A DNA stretch of 64,000 bases from Iphione sp. A-MEVVRFRX5 (GCA_976226885.1 OZ320316.1:88102001-88166000); one strand, 5' to 3'; numbered from the stretch's first letter, positions 38,835 through 53,319 are shown. Notes: a model not told the origin generated them from the letters alone. Numbers and translations are program-made.

Positions 38835-41800
38835 GGCCAATGCAAAATGTATTTATACAATGACGTAAAAGATATAGTCATTTATAGATGACGTTTTCCC
38901 AGCAGAAGGGTACGAGTTGGTGATGGCATGAATTGATTGAAATACAGTGCAGTTCAGTTACTGTACTGTTAACTCTCATGCTTAATGCTAGTCTGCAATT
39001 TCCCGATTTTTACATAGATTTCTGTGCGCAAGTAACTGCTCTCATGCCTTTGCCTCACAATACTGACCACTGTCGAAAATTGTTTCATACCTTTGTGTTT
39101 TATTGTAACCCGTTAAGGAGCCGTACAAGCATTTGTATTGTACCGTTAAAGTTGCTTATGGTCCAAAGAAACGAATATTGACCCTGTTTGATTCCAGAGT
39201 TTACTTAGGTGAGGATAAAATGGTTTATTCATTAACACGATTTACAAAAATGTATTCCCCTATAAAGTGCTTTTCATACATATGATTGTATCGTAATATA
39301 TCTGAGCCGTCATTTCTTTACGGCATTATTGGTGCATCATAGTAATATTTGGAAATCATATAATTATATTCTTTGCCAAGTCACGAAATTTATGTGGCTC
39401 GGGAGATGGATTTGGGAAAGCATTGATGTGGAAACTAGAATATACTTGTATACAATTAGAGTAATGATCCCTGCATCCCGACAGGACGCGTTTAACGTGT
39501 CGTGTAACAGATTGGCCACCTGGACTTGCCTTTTCACGATTGAGGAAGGCAATTACCTGGGGCGCATGTCAGTTGGATCTAGGATTCGCGTTCGACTACT
39601 CACAGGGGATATTAACTTCCACAGAAAGGCATGGTCTTCACTCCCTTGGGCGGCGGACGAATAGACACTCTGTATATATGGCCAGGTCTGGCATTGCGGT
39701 GCTGGGCATCAGCAGGACAGCACCATGGGGTGCTGACTACATGTCAGAGTCAACCAGGCGATGTAAAGTGCCGAGCACGGCAGAGCGTGTGCTGTAATGG
39801 AATTGTTGGATCAGGCCCACAGCGCTTGGCCTCATACCTTATTGAAGGCTGGGTCTCGAGTAACTCACGCATGGCTGGAAGCTGCTCACAGCACCTCATA
39901 GAGTGCGATGCAAGCGTCCGCGGCTTGAGCCGATCCAGCTTTATGATGGCCGTTATGGTCCCCGCTGTGCTCGCTGCTGGACATTTTGAGCCGATAATAG
40001 GAGCACAAAGGTACACACACACAATACGCAAGTTGACCCAGCGTTGCGTTTTACAAGAAAAACTAAGGAAAAAACACAGGCTTGTTGCCTCTAGAACACC
40101 GTGGAGCTGTTCTGTTCTGTGAAGGTTGTAGTGAAATCCCCCACTTCTGTCTAGTTCGGTCAAAGCTCGAAATACACATTCAAATATACCTTTCTAAACT
40201 CCATAAGCTGATCTTCCAATTAGCGTGTAAGTCACAGAAATCAAGGTTTTACTTGCATTGTAGATAGTCTTTTCTTGTTCTTAAGTTAATAAGAGCCCAA
40301 AGGCCAAGAATGACAGTAATGTTTGCGTTGAGAGAAACCCTTTCACACCAAGGGCAGTTAAATGTTCCGTATGGCCACAGGAGGTCCATGACGTGTAGAA
40401 AAATACCAAAGATGACTCCTTTTGTAGTAGATAGATGGTCCACACAACACATTCATACACATAGATAAGGGACATAACGAATGAAAATATTCGTCAGTAT
40501 GTGCAGCTGGCAGAGCCATAATTCAGGAAATAATGGGATAATCCCTCATAGTGGGACGGCAGTTGCCAGAGGCTTGGCGTCACTGACGCCTGATAGCCGC
40601 CCCAAGATCATGCTGCCTGTGATCCGCTGGATCCTCCTGTCCTAATTCCCCGTCTGTGACAGCTGCGACAAGCCTCAGCCTGTTCCCCAGGCCTCTCGGC
40701 TTCATTCGAGCAGCTCGGCCGGATTGGTAAAAACAAATTCTATTATCAGCAAACGTCTGTGCGGCGGACAGGAGGGGTACATGAGGAGCGCCAGGGTATG
40801 AAATCCCACTGACTGGCCAAGTGGGAGGCAGATTTGTCGACGGGCTTCTGGGGGACTAGGAGGCCTGCCAGCAGCGGCCGGACAAGAGAGTGGTGGGAAG
40901 CACCCCCTGCGGCAGGACTGCCTGTGACAACACAAGGGAGTTCATACTAAAGACATCGCGCCCAGTCTGGCCCTGTCACTATGTCAGGAGAAGAAAGGGC
41001 CGCACAGGAAAAGGAAAGGCCTCGTCGTGACAATGCGAATAAATCCGTTGTCTAGAATGGAAACGTCAGGAATTGAAGGAAGCGGCCCTACAATTAGGGG
41101 TTTCATCTATCTTGATTGTATCCGGCGGAAAATGAGCATTTATCGGACTGCTTTCTTGCGCTTTTGTGTCATGAGAATGATTGACTCGCTGATGATAGAT
41201 TCTGTCGCTCGTGCCAACCGCGCTTATGCTCATTAGGGCCATAATGAAGACATGCAGATGAGAAGGAAAAGGACAAATATGCCAAAAGGGCACCGTATTT
41301 CATCAGGTAGAAGGACATGCGTTCGAAGGAGTAGGCCACTTCCTCTTCCTTATCAAACAGACGTACATCAATCTACAATAAGTACTCGTCATTATGGTCC
41401 ATCTGAACGAATACTGCCTCCAACATAAATCAATCCAGTTCATCAATTCATAGAAATATTTTACATCAGTACGTTCCTTTTTTCACAGCAAGAACTGTTT
41501 AGATAAGGTATATCATCCTGGGTTAAGTTAGTTTTATTACATGCTCAGCTGTATTTCTCCATTAACTAGTTTTCAGACTGCGAGTCTCCATCTAGCATTG
41601 TAGATAGAATCATTTGGGTCTTCGGGAAGGGATCATTAGGGAGGAATAACTGACTGACATTGGCGGTGTCCTTGCGCTAAGCTTCAAAGCTTCAACACCG
41701 CCGTCTCCTCATGTATGACGCAGTGAGCTCAAAGGCGAAGAAACTCCTACAGGAGAACCACTGCCTATTTCATCCCTGCATCTAAGAACGGGATTCTGAT

Positions 41801-43156
41801 TAAAACTTTTCGAGCAGTTTAACAAAAGAGCAAAAATGAGAGAGATTCTTATAACGGCGATTTATTATGCATGTATGTAATAGCCACATTGCTTCACTGA
41901 AGTGAAAGAAAACAGAAATAATTATAAACTTCCGAAGTAAATGTCCTGTTCGAAACAGCAGAACGTCTCACTGAAAGTAATATTAAAAGCACAGTATGTG
42001 TTCCATGGCTGTCGTGGACGCACAGGTAGGGTACTTCTGTAATTTAAATAGAAATAATGTACGCATTTGAGAGGATTTGCCTCCATTCGTACCACGTTTC
42101 CATCGGTGGCTTAGTCCTACGAAGCTCTCCCACCGACACAGCTCGAGGCGGTGCAGAATTACCCATCTTGAGTCCGTGATTTCGGCACGCAGTTGATAAT
42201 AGCCTTAATGACTTGATGGGACGTCTTGTCAGATAGGAACTAACTGCCCGCAGGCTCAGCAAAACTCAGATGCTGAGCGGAAGCTAGACGGGTGTGGACC
42301 GAGCAAAGTCTGGCGACGCAAGGGGTTCGGAGGGGATTGAGCTAGGGGAGGACTGTGCTTTAGTCATCAACATATAGAGGAGAAATAAGTTAAAATACAA
42401 GCAATACATACAACATATGCTCAATGGTAACATCACTGCCTATGTCAGTATATATTTATAGTAATATCCCGCACGAAAGTCTCTGGCTTTCACGCTTCCA
42501 AAGGGAACCGCATTTTTCTCTTCATAGATCAATAATTGGTTTGTGAGCAAGAATATATAAAGTCACGTTTCCATATTCGTGGAGATGGGGCTTATAGTGC
42601 TGCATAAATTTATAGTGTACTAACAATATAAGTGGTAAGTATAATACAGGTGGCTCTCTTTATACCATGTAAGGTCATTAATACTAGATTGAACACTCTT
42701 CAAAATAAGTTTAATTACTCGTGTCCAAGAAGTTGTACTTTTATCATCGACATAAATTCGAATTGGAAGACGGTCAAAACCTCAACCTCGCCTGTTCTTG
42801 CAGTTGCACATCGTACTCTTTGTACGTGCGTGGTAACGTTTCACTTCAATGCTCGCTGCATGCAATACTGTGTGAAAGGCGCCTGCAGGACGTACGACCA
42901 GTCGATCCTTCAAAGCCGTCTATTTCAGATGTGAATTAATGAAACGTAACATCTTGGCACCAACCTCAGGCACCTACCGGCCCAACAAAGAAGCGACAGC
43001 CTTTGTTTTACTGGGATACCGACATTTATGTGGTCATTGGGCGTCAAATTAACAGCCCTGCTAGGGTTAAGGCACAATAATGACCTGGAGTAAAATAAAT
43101 CAAAATAATCGAGGACATAATGAGAATCTGTGAATCCATTGGGTGTAGTTTTTGGA

Positions 43157-43218
43157 AGGTCAGGTAAAGGTCGACGGAAAATTGACCTTTCAACCTTCAA
43201 TCGTGGCCTGACAGGTCA
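43157..43218. promoter_or_regulatory. Near-perfect DR5 plus additional nuclear-receptor half-sites
   Basis: AGGTCA-GGTAA-AGGTCG (43157-43173), TGACCT-TT-CAACCT (43183-43196, an imperfect DR2 on minus), and AGGTCA (43213-43218) overlapping TGACAG. Confidence 0.35.
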
Positions 43219-44723
43219 AATTTTAATGATTTGTTCGTATTGAAAACCAGATGAAACTTTTTTTCCAACGTAAGCCACATGTTTGATATCGCAGGGCATT
43301 GAAGAACAGCACTGTAACTGCTTTGTGGTGTTAATAGCTTCGAGTGTAGTGAGTGGTAAGCTATGCACATTCTGACTGCTAACCAGACTGAACGCCTTGG
43401 TGTTAGATTTACACTTGTATAGCAAAAATTTCTGAAATCACACTTTGCACTTTCTAAGTTTACATATGTCCATGTATGCTATATCCGTGCAGTTAACATG
43501 AAGTTTGTTATTCCCCGTGCCTGGTCTGCGTTACGATACTCGGTTGCAAAGGTAAGGATGGCATGGGTCTCCTGTACACTTGTTGCAACGAACCTTTGCT
43601 TTCAGTGTATGCACTGTATGTACACACGTGTGAATGTAAATATCCTACAAGAACTGTCTACGCAAATCTGGTATCAACACAAACATATACTCTCATTTGA
43701 GAAAGAACTGACCCCGACTGTTTCAGAAAACATACAAACTACAATTTTTCAATGCAAATGGAAATTACTCATTGATCAATTCTTAGATATCGTCAACATC
43801 AAATATGATATAGTCCAAAGACATGTATTTTCTACTTACACACTTCCCTTTTGATTTTCAGACATCTATATCCTTTATACGATTTATATATCTTATGAGT
43901 GCTGTCTTTGAGGCGTATATATAGGTATATGAAGAGTATATATGCGACTGCATGAAGAGTTATATGACTATAACACGCAAATAACGATATATGAAATGCA
44001 TATGCCGCCATTACAGATGATTCCCCCCCAAAAATATCGGTTGTTATGAGCCATATTCTTTGAATAATTTAATATTATTCGACCAGTCTCTTGTGAATGC
44101 AGTATAGATTACAAGACGTTTTCGAATTCTTATTTGTTGGATTCTTCTTGTAATTCCTTAATCGCGGTCAAGGAATTCATTTGAGAAGATACTGTGCATG
44201 TACTTTACAGAGAAGTTAAAAAGGAAACTATGAACTCGACTGCCAGTCAGCCCGCTAGACCGCAGCTATTTTTGTTCTTTCTGACGTCACAATGGGCTCT
44301 GCTCCAATCAAAATGCTATAATTCTGCGACTTTCACTGTACCGATTTTTTCGTCGCCCAGCGATAGCTCATTCTTATATTATATGAGAATTTAGGATAGT
44401 GAATAGTTTGTATAGCTTAAGCTTTTCAAAGGGCAGGTCGATTAAGATTTAGTGGATATTAACTTCACCGGTAGCGTTTATTTCCTTTACAGTAAATATG
44501 GTTTTATAAGCATTGCCTTGAAGGTCAACCATGCCGCACTGTCACCAACGTGTGGTTATCTGACTCTGTTCAGACTGTCGAAGGCGCATGGGTGGTCTCT
44601 CAGAAGTACATACAGCATGGTGATCACGTGACGGGGTTCTCCATACTGGGGTTTGCCCCAAGCGGAGGGTCAGTTGGTGCAGAACGCGAAGCCTGCCGGG
44701 TTATTCCACGCTTGCGTAGCCTC

Positions 44724-44739
44724 TGGCGCCCCCTGTCGT
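44724..44739 (-). promoter_or_regulatory. CTCF-like motif
   Basis: Minus strand ACGACAGGGGGCGCCA. Confidence 0.3.
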
Positions 44740-45029
44740 ACATCTGAAGATTGATCAGTGATGTTGGCGGCTGACTCCATCGCCTGTCGAACTGCAACAC
44801 ATTCGTTCATTTAGTCACAGCAGTGCGCATATATGTTGATGTTACCACTGGGAATAGACAAATATAGACTAAATGTACTCGCTCAAACACTTGTAGTTCA
44901 CGGTGATACAGGAAAGTGATTTTTTCTCTCTCAGGTCCATGGTACTTGATATGCATTTACCATGATGCCTTTTACAGGGAAAGACTCGATTTTGGCAACT
45001 TATGCCACTGCGCTATGCAGCAGACTTAC

Positions 45030-45051
45030 CTGTGTCGATGTATGTATACTG
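45030..45051 (-). other. Candidate micro-exon (22 nt, or 19 nt via a TAGCAG tandem acceptor)
   Basis: Minus strand: branch point CTAAC (45077-45073), ttcccttatag| acceptor, exon cagtatacatacatcgacacag, donor |GTAAGT at 45029. Confidence 0.25.
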
Positions 45052-48000
45052 CTATAAGGGAATATCAATCGTGTTAGTGCAGTGCCCAGGGTGAAGAAGC
45101 ATTATCGAGGAATGTTATATGGTGACGGATACAAACACGTCACCAACTTCCTTCGTCTGCTTTTGATATTGGTGTATGCAGCTCTGGACCAGGCCTCGCC
45201 CCGAAGGCCGCCAACATTCTTTGATTGGATCATTCATGCCGCTTGCCTTGGGTAGCGGCCATGTAAACAGCACGTCCGGGGGCGTTCGGAAGCACATCTC
45301 CATGTATGTCTGCACTTATATTATGGCGTGGAAATTGATATAGCGCCGATTGGCCACCATACTTAGGAACCAAAGTAACAAGATTTTGTCTATCAAGCAT
45401 TTCTTACAACTGTGTTTTGGTGCTTGTCAGTCCATGTCTTTCATTTAGTCTGAAAACCATTTCGTGAAGATATTTAGACAACTTCATGGGATTTTCTCCC
45501 ACACCTTGTTCGGTTATTTGAGATAGGGCCCACGTTTGCATAAAAACGGGAACAACGAACACCACCAATGTAGGCAACTATCTTTGGAGCCCTTTCTTAT
45601 GCTCTACGCGGCTGGCCAGGAGTGATGGGAGGATGGCGAACTTGCAGACGGTGGGCGAATGAGCGGGTGGGTCGGGTGTTAGAGTGGCCGCCCCATCCGG
45701 TCGGCCCGCCGTCATAAATTCATACACGCCGCATATTGAGAGGATTATGTAGACGCACTTACACCAACCCACATCCCAATCTATATCAATAAAAGCCCAA
45801 TGATATTGAGATTTGAGCCCGATCGTGGCTCGCAACCGCGCTTGATTTATATGACGGGACCTGGAGAGGATTAATCCAAAGTGCTTTTCGATTGTCGCGT
45901 TGTGGTATATAGGAAAAGTTTGATCGACTGCCTGTAAGAGGATAGGAGCAATTGCTTTCAACGAAGATTGTAACATTATTAAAGGAAAACAACCAACAAA
46001 TAGTGCACACATCCTGACACCTTTATTCACGCGTGACTTGATTGTGGTGAAGCCATTCTCAATGGATACACATAGGGCGGCTCCGGTTAGAGACTAACAC
46101 GACATGTCCTTTCTTATTCAGAGGAGCTTAGAGCATGTCACGCCTTGAACATTGGGCTGTCATATTTTGATCTAGGCAATATATCAGGCTAACATGCGAT
46201 CAACTCTGATCTTAATTAATACTTGGAGCCATCCACCAAAGATGTGTTCTGCGGCGTGAGGAAAATCTACCGGATTAACAAAAATACCCCTCATAAAACA
46301 GGTGTATAGATTTCATATCAACCTTTTTCTTTATTGAATTACTGTTCCTTTTCATATAAGGGTGGTCTTACACCGATGTTTTCCATTCGATTTAGCATTT
46401 GGGACGTAAGGTTTTCATCTGTGCCCTGTTTTTCGGTCTCATCTAGGCAATGTAAGCAGGCCTGCAGTGAACCCTATTTTAATACTGCATGAAACTGCTG
46501 TTTCTTCAAAAGAGCAAAATAAACGTGCATTTCTGTTCTAGTTAAAGAAGGTCGAGCACTCGACGCCATCTAGTTAGGAGGCTTGGCGGGCTCGTGCCTT
46601 GGTGGCTCCTTTATCTTATTGTGATAGGTCTTTGAAGCTGCCTTGTGAGAGTCGCCTGTAGCTGAGTAGATGGTCCCAAGATCGGGTGAGGATCAACAGC
46701 TTGTCTCTGACTCACAGTGCACCCCTTCCCCGGAGACCCTCGTTGTAGACAGATGTAGTTAGCCACCCATGAAAAAATATTACAGCAGCCACAGCCTTTT
46801 TTTCCAGTATGAACGGTAGTTAGTAGCTGCTCATGCATATTACAGTCAGGTTTTTTTTTGTTCTGACAGACATACTCTCCTGTTTCAGACTGCCGCCAGA
46901 CTATCAGCACTTTAACGATTCAAGAAAATAATGTTATAAATCCATCCACGTAACCATCTAATTCTATCTGTCACTGACTAATTTAAAATGGGGCCTGTGA
47001 ACGTTTAGACGCGTACATTTGTGTGAATATCTAGCGACTCCAAAACATAAATGTACTTTCTTTGAATACCTATACAAGATTCTTGTTGGTTTTTCGGTCA
47101 GTACTTCTAAAAGAAACTTGGCTACTTCGCTCCGAATTCATAGTTGAATTTCTAACCAGCAAGGCCTTGTATCCCTCCGGACACCGCGGCCCATCGTGCT
47201 CATGTTGACGTGATGTCCGGCGCCAGCCTCAATTAGGTCGGTAATAGATCTGACCAATTGCCGTGGGTGGCTGACTCCAAGGTAAATGAGGGACGTGAGT
47301 GCGCGCTGGCCGCCCGCAACAAGATGGCCTGCAATGGGATGCATGTACCCGTCACCTGTGGAGCGGGATTCACAATGACCTGCAACGGCGCAACCTTATA
47401 GATCCTTCCGTCTTCCTCAAGGTTCGCTCAGCTGTACAGCCTCCCCGCCACCGCCGGTCATTCTGGTAGTTCTTTGAGTCGCCAAGCTGGGGAGAGGAGT
47501 TCTCATTTCAGGTTCGCGCACGCGCTCTTGACCGGCGGTCCCTTCCGGGAGACGTGACCGGAACAAGGGCTGACACGTGCCAAGCAAGCCTGCATGGAGG
47601 TCATAATGTCCCCTCCCTTCGCCTGGTCACCAATGCCCTCACGGGCGCGTCTGCGCATGTGTGTACATAGAGATGCTGCCCCTGATAGGGTTACACCGTC
47701 AATATTACATTTGGTCCAAGTGTGCAGCCCGCCCTGCCCTAAATGGCACAGGGGACACCCGATGCCATGCTAAAGATAAAGTAATGAATGACTCCTGTTT
47801 ACGGGTAATGGAGTGATATATTGAGGTACTCATATTGGACGGATAAGATTCCACTAACCTTTGAACAGTGACAGACCTATGCGTTAACATCAAATTTTAA
47901 ATTTGAAGAAAAGAACTGGAAATTATATCTACGCAATTTCCAACTACATTACACTTCGATATCGCAGCAGCTCTGAATTATGATCAAAATCAATGAGAAA

Positions 48001-51000
48001 TATTGGATATCCAATGTAGCGGATATTTGAATGTACATGTACTGGCTTCATGTTGCAGTGCCACTAAATTAGGTTACTGAATGGCTGCCTTCATTACTTC
48101 GAGATAGGGCTGACCCAGTTTAAGTAAGAGCTACATGCTAAAAGGAAAGCATATCCCAGGTTGATCGTGGCCGATGAAGAAAGACGTTAATCACCACAGG
48201 GATGCATTACACTTTATAAATCACTCCTGCGCTCAAACTTCCATTTCCCTTTTCACGGAGAAAAAAATACATAACGCGCGTCTAACAAAAAATCCGCGCA
48301 GGAAATTGTGTATGGGTGTTTTGTGTTATTCGACACGATGATGGGAGATTCTATTTACCATTTTCCTTGTCGTACCTACTGTTTAGCCATGTGGCTAATA
48401 AATTAAACACGTCAAAGTGCACATTTCCTACTTGCTAACACATCATCTACCGATGAAGTAATGGCGGATATATCGCGGGTCTTAGTCATCTTTGGGTGGT
48501 CTTTGTTGGGCTTTCCGCTCGTAATCTCTCAGCGGTTTATCCACCAACTGTTACTTCATCCCAGCTCTGCCTCTCGGCCCGAGCTGCTCAGCCGCGCCTG
48601 TCACCGGTGCCTTATTTCCAGGCGAGCGGCAGCGACATGTTGCCTCCATGATTTGTTGAATCTAGAGCATGCGAGCTGCTCGCGGCCCTAATCCACCAAA
48701 CCCCTCGCCGTGGGTCGGCAGGTGAGCAGGAAGAGCCGACAATGAGCTGCTCATGCACCGCTTGGGCTGCCTGCGCCTTTTTTCCCGGTGCCGCACGGAG
48801 AGCTGGTGACATTCGGTAATGAACTAGGAGCTTTGTGACACATGTTCCTCCCGAGGAAGAGAAATAAGCCCGGTGGGAGAGTTTCCTCTCTACCGTTTCT
48901 CACGAGGCCACTGAATTATGTTGGTTGAGCAGGTGACTGAAGCAAGGGAGCAACTCTCACTAGCGAGCCATGAACCAACGATGCCCTTCCCCGGGAGTTA
49001 AGGACCCTAGACATTTCTAGGAGTAAACCTTACTCTTCAAATTAGCAAAACAATATCTAATTATATTTTTGATGAAAGACACCGGTTTTACGAGAAAAAT
49101 GCCGTCGTTTAATTGGGAGAATTTAATTACTAGCTAGGATAAGACAGCTTCCAATCATTATGGTGATGGAATTACGAGAAATATCTTCCTTTGAGACCAG
49201 AAATCATTCAAGTAGTAGATAGAAATGTGTATTAAATACGGGCGATATAGCAACTAGGCCATGCACGACCGCGTGTACAGGAACCCTTAATAAATTGTAA
49301 TGGACTCAGGGCAGAGTTAAAGTTGAAGTATAATCTTCAAAATAAGATCAACCCATTCATACAGCAACCTACATCGACTGTAGGAATATGCCTATTGAAT
49401 AAAAAAGGCTCTCCTGTACAATCTTTCAGTAGATATGCATTCAGCTTTTGTTGGGTAGGCGTTTCCTTTTAATTTGTCAAACTCGCCCACCGTCCCCTTT
49501 TTAGAGTATTACTATCCCCTTAGTGTAGCATGCAACACAATATTCTGTTTCAAATCCGGACGATGTGAATCGATAATACTGGAAATTGAGAAGGCGCCTG
49601 TTTTGCCAGAGGAGAGTGCGCCCGTAGTTCTGAGTCCACATGAAAAGCGGAGCAAGACGGCGCCGGCGGCCGGCATACGCCACCACAAATAGGGCGACGG
49701 TGATCAATGCCACCGACTGGGGCGTCCTGCAGGAATCAGGAGATGGGGAGCGGGAGCGTTGAGGCAGCCTTTCGTGGCCTTTGTTTCATGACAGCAGCCT
49801 ATTTCTGCGGCGTGTCGCTCGGCTCAGGCACGACGCGTGGCCAGCCAATCCGATGCCGACTGTAGCGTTTTTAGTTGCCAACCTGAACAACTCAGCCGTC
49901 CTATGCTTTACCGAGCTTCGGCATTTCTACCTTCTCCCCTGCCTCCTTTTAGTGTTACCTCCGTTCGACGTGGGGGGGCTGCATGCTTAGAACGATCAAG
50001 CCTGGTTCGGCAAATCATACAAGCTCAGTGACGTCTCAAAGGATCCGCTTTCGTGCCGAATTAGGACCAAGCTGAAACTTCAGGCCTGCTTCTTTAGACG
50101 GAAGAGAATGATCCCCGGCACCTGAGTTTGGTTCGATTTAAGCATATTCCTGCTGATGAGTGATCCTGTTTACTCTCTGCAAGATGGTTCGATCGCGTGA
50201 ACGAATGCGATCGAACTCGGCCGCTATACGCGTGATCTCCACAAGGCGGCGCGTCATCTTCAACGGTCCATAGCAATTGGATTTCTCTAGGAGGCCGTCT
50301 ATAGGCGCTTATACCACGTGAAAAGCGGCGGGCTAGACAACAATGACGAATTATTCGAACAGCGCGTCTCCTGACACTGTGCGGAACCGTTTGCTCTAGG
50401 AAAATGATACTCGTATTGTATGCCCGAATGATATATGTTCAGGACAGTGTGCGCGTATGTGTTTTTACTAGTACCAACATGGCGTGTGCCGCATAATACA
50501 ATGAACAAAACGTGAATAGAGTATTTTAGTCCGCTTTATTTAAAGATATTTTCTATACATAGAAATAGTGATTTCAGTTCTCTTCCACAGAGATGATCAG
50601 TACGATGGGTTTCGTGTCATGGGGTCATTTAATCTTTACAACCAGACCCTTCCGCATGCGAGTTAAACAAACGCTCCTTTTAAGCGCCGATCACCCGGTC
50701 CAAATGGCTAGCGTGTATTTGACAGTCAATGGTCACCATTACACTATGGCGGGGTTGAAGTGGTTGTGACATGGCTGGCTATAGAGGCCACTGAGAGCCA
50801 GGCACAACGATCTGTGTCACCACAATCGCTTGGCAACGCAATGCGACCTCTCGCATCAGTGGCAGAGCTAGGACCCTGGCGTGAAAATAATGAATTGGCT
50901 GGACAGTAGTTCTACTTGAAAGAAACCAGACCGCGAGCTTTATTACAACTGGTAAAAGGCGTCGGTTCGGTGACCCGGATATCACTGTCTGAGCAGGATC

Positions 51001-51508
51001 TTATTGCTTTTCCTCATTCCTAACATTAATTTGGGATGGCCCCTGAAATACCCTGGTGGCTTTACCGAATAGAATTACACAGGAGTACATTGTTTAGCAA
51101 TATGTAGATCGAAATTGCGCATGGAAGCAGAGCATGAAAGTTTGAGGCTAGACTGAATAACCAAGTAGCGTGCATAAACATGCCCCAGGCAGAAGGAGAG
51201 GAAATGCTTTTTCGCCAACGCTCATTATTCTCCAGAAACGCTCACGTTTCTATACATCATTCTCCGGGCAGTGTCAAAAATAGTGTCCGGGCATTGAAGC
51301 TTGGACCATCCTATTGAATTCCGACTGGTCAAGCGAAGCCTGACCAATACGGTCAGCTGAAGAAGTGGACGCTAAAAGCAGCAACACGACACCGGCCCGA
51401 CCTCTGGCTGGCTGGCGGTCGGCCCGGACGTAATAAGCTCTGGTGGCTGCGGCGGGCGAGGTAATCAGCCGTGACCAACTGTGATGAAGCTGTAGAAAGA
51501 TGCCTTCT

Positions 51509-51525
51509 GCACCCAGGGGGCGCCA
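51509..51525 (+). promoter_or_regulatory. CTCF-like motif
   Basis: GCACCCAGGGGGCGCCA, with a perfect CCAGGGGGCGC core, in a CpG-rich patch. Confidence 0.4.
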
Positions 51526-53319
51526 CCGCGCCAGGCGCCCACCTTGTCATTGATCCTTGCGGCGGGCCACTCGCGTATCAGGCGCCCTTCCGCCAGGTTT
51601 CAATTTGCCGCCCAACCATGCCTGGCCGTCAAGATTACGGCCCGCCAAGCCTGAGCAGCTCGCACACCGCCGAGTAACTCACTCACGGGATTGTTTTGAC
51701 TGAGCGCCTCCGCTTGAGATGAACACCCAACATTCAATTTCGCAAAGCCTGACAGAAATCCATATGCGTGTAAAGAGCTTTAAATGAAAGCAGCTTGTTC
51801 CGTGACGGGGAATCATATTTTCATGAGTGCTAATTTGAAGCCGTTCCATCCTAACCGGCTGACCAGTTCCATGAAGCCCACAGACAGTTACTTGAACATC
51901 AAACTCAATGAGCAATTCATTTTCCATGTGCCATTTGAAATTAATCAATGTCAATATAACATTTATTTCAAAAGTCTTCCCGCCATTCAAAGCATTGTCA
52001 AACACGTTGTTACGTTTTACTCCTATCAAGACAAGTTTCGTGCAGAAGTAGAATTTCGGGTGAAGATCGATTATCTGTAGCAGCGGTCTTGTCCTTTCGC
52101 CAACCCTCCTCTATTGGTCAATCAATAATACCAATTGTATGCAATAATCAGTCTCGACCTTCCCATTACGAATACGGAACAAAATATTATGCAACATTTT
52201 GTGCGCCAATTACTCCTACATTTAGCTTGTCAACTAATTCACAATTCATTCAAGGGCCGGTACAGCATTCAGAAAATTCTTCTTGGAAGTACTTACCAAA
52301 GGACGTGACGAATCACGGGAAAAGGAGACATTCATTGTCATCAGAGAAACCGTGTGTCATACACAGTTTTGTGATATAGGCTACGCTTTCACTTCTTCGA
52401 TCACACTCAAAAAGGGATCGGAATCTAAATGCATAGGGTATACACTGCAGTAAGCGAGTAGATCCATCGTTTCGTGCAAACAGGCCGGTGAACTTAGTAT
52501 TAATTCTTGGCTGCCGCCGATTCGCATGTGAAGCCGACATTAGCCCCGATGGCCTGGCGGTTATACGCTCCTTTGCTGTCCGTCTGGGCGCCGCCGAGGC
52601 CTGTACAACGGTCGGCGCTTGCCGTTTAGCATTGACCAGGGTTAGGAGAGCGCTAGAAAGGGCGACATGACTGGCCAATCTGTGCGTTGCTCCTTCCGTC
52701 GAGAGGCCGAAATGTTGTGTCACTTGCTCCACTGAACCTATTCAAACTGTCCGAACCCGTTCGAAAATCATGTTGAACTAAGATAGTTTAGTGTAATTTG
52801 GATACAAGTAAACATTTTATAAAACCTACGCTTTAAAAAAAGAACGAAAAAACATCATGATACAACGATTAGACGAGCTGGCAATCAAAATTTGTCCTTC
52901 GTGAGTGTTCATGGTGAACGTCTCCGTTTGTACAGGGATTAGGTGCCTTTTTTACTGCAAACTATTTATAGTAAACTTTCTTAAAATGGTTAACTCCTTC
53001 CAAATACATATACAGGAACCGTTCTCTCTGCAAAAATGAAAGCATTACGTTTCCTCTGTTTGGGAAAATCATTCACCTGCCGATGTGAATACTGCTAATC
53101 TATTCTTTAAGGTTAACTATTTGAAGATACAGCCAACTCTCCCAAACCAAAACCCTCCGTTCTTCCCCAAACTGCCCTGATTTATGATGCATCCGATTTA
53201 GATCTGTTAGCAGGATGTGGAATGGGGATCAAACCATGTCCTATTCCTTACATGCGTTGAGTAGCGTTCACCTGCATTTCCCATCCGTGTACATTAACAT
53301 GCATTTTACATGTGTTTTG

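Noticed and set aside
39631-40163. Overlapping 163-aa (+) and 137-aa (-) ORFs
   Set aside because: A GC-rich patch lowers stop frequency on both strands; no domain recognised.
41340-41600. Minus-strand words faintly like a LINE RT N-terminus (PG.D.P..LKQ; CW...W...RK)
   Set aside because: Similarity cannot be separated from noise without a profile search.
45578-46030. 150-aa minus-strand ORF with EKHFGLIL..HIN resembling a LINE thumb region
   Set aside because: Spacing to the putative upstream GVRQG-like word is about 80-100 aa too short and there is no YADD; unsupported.
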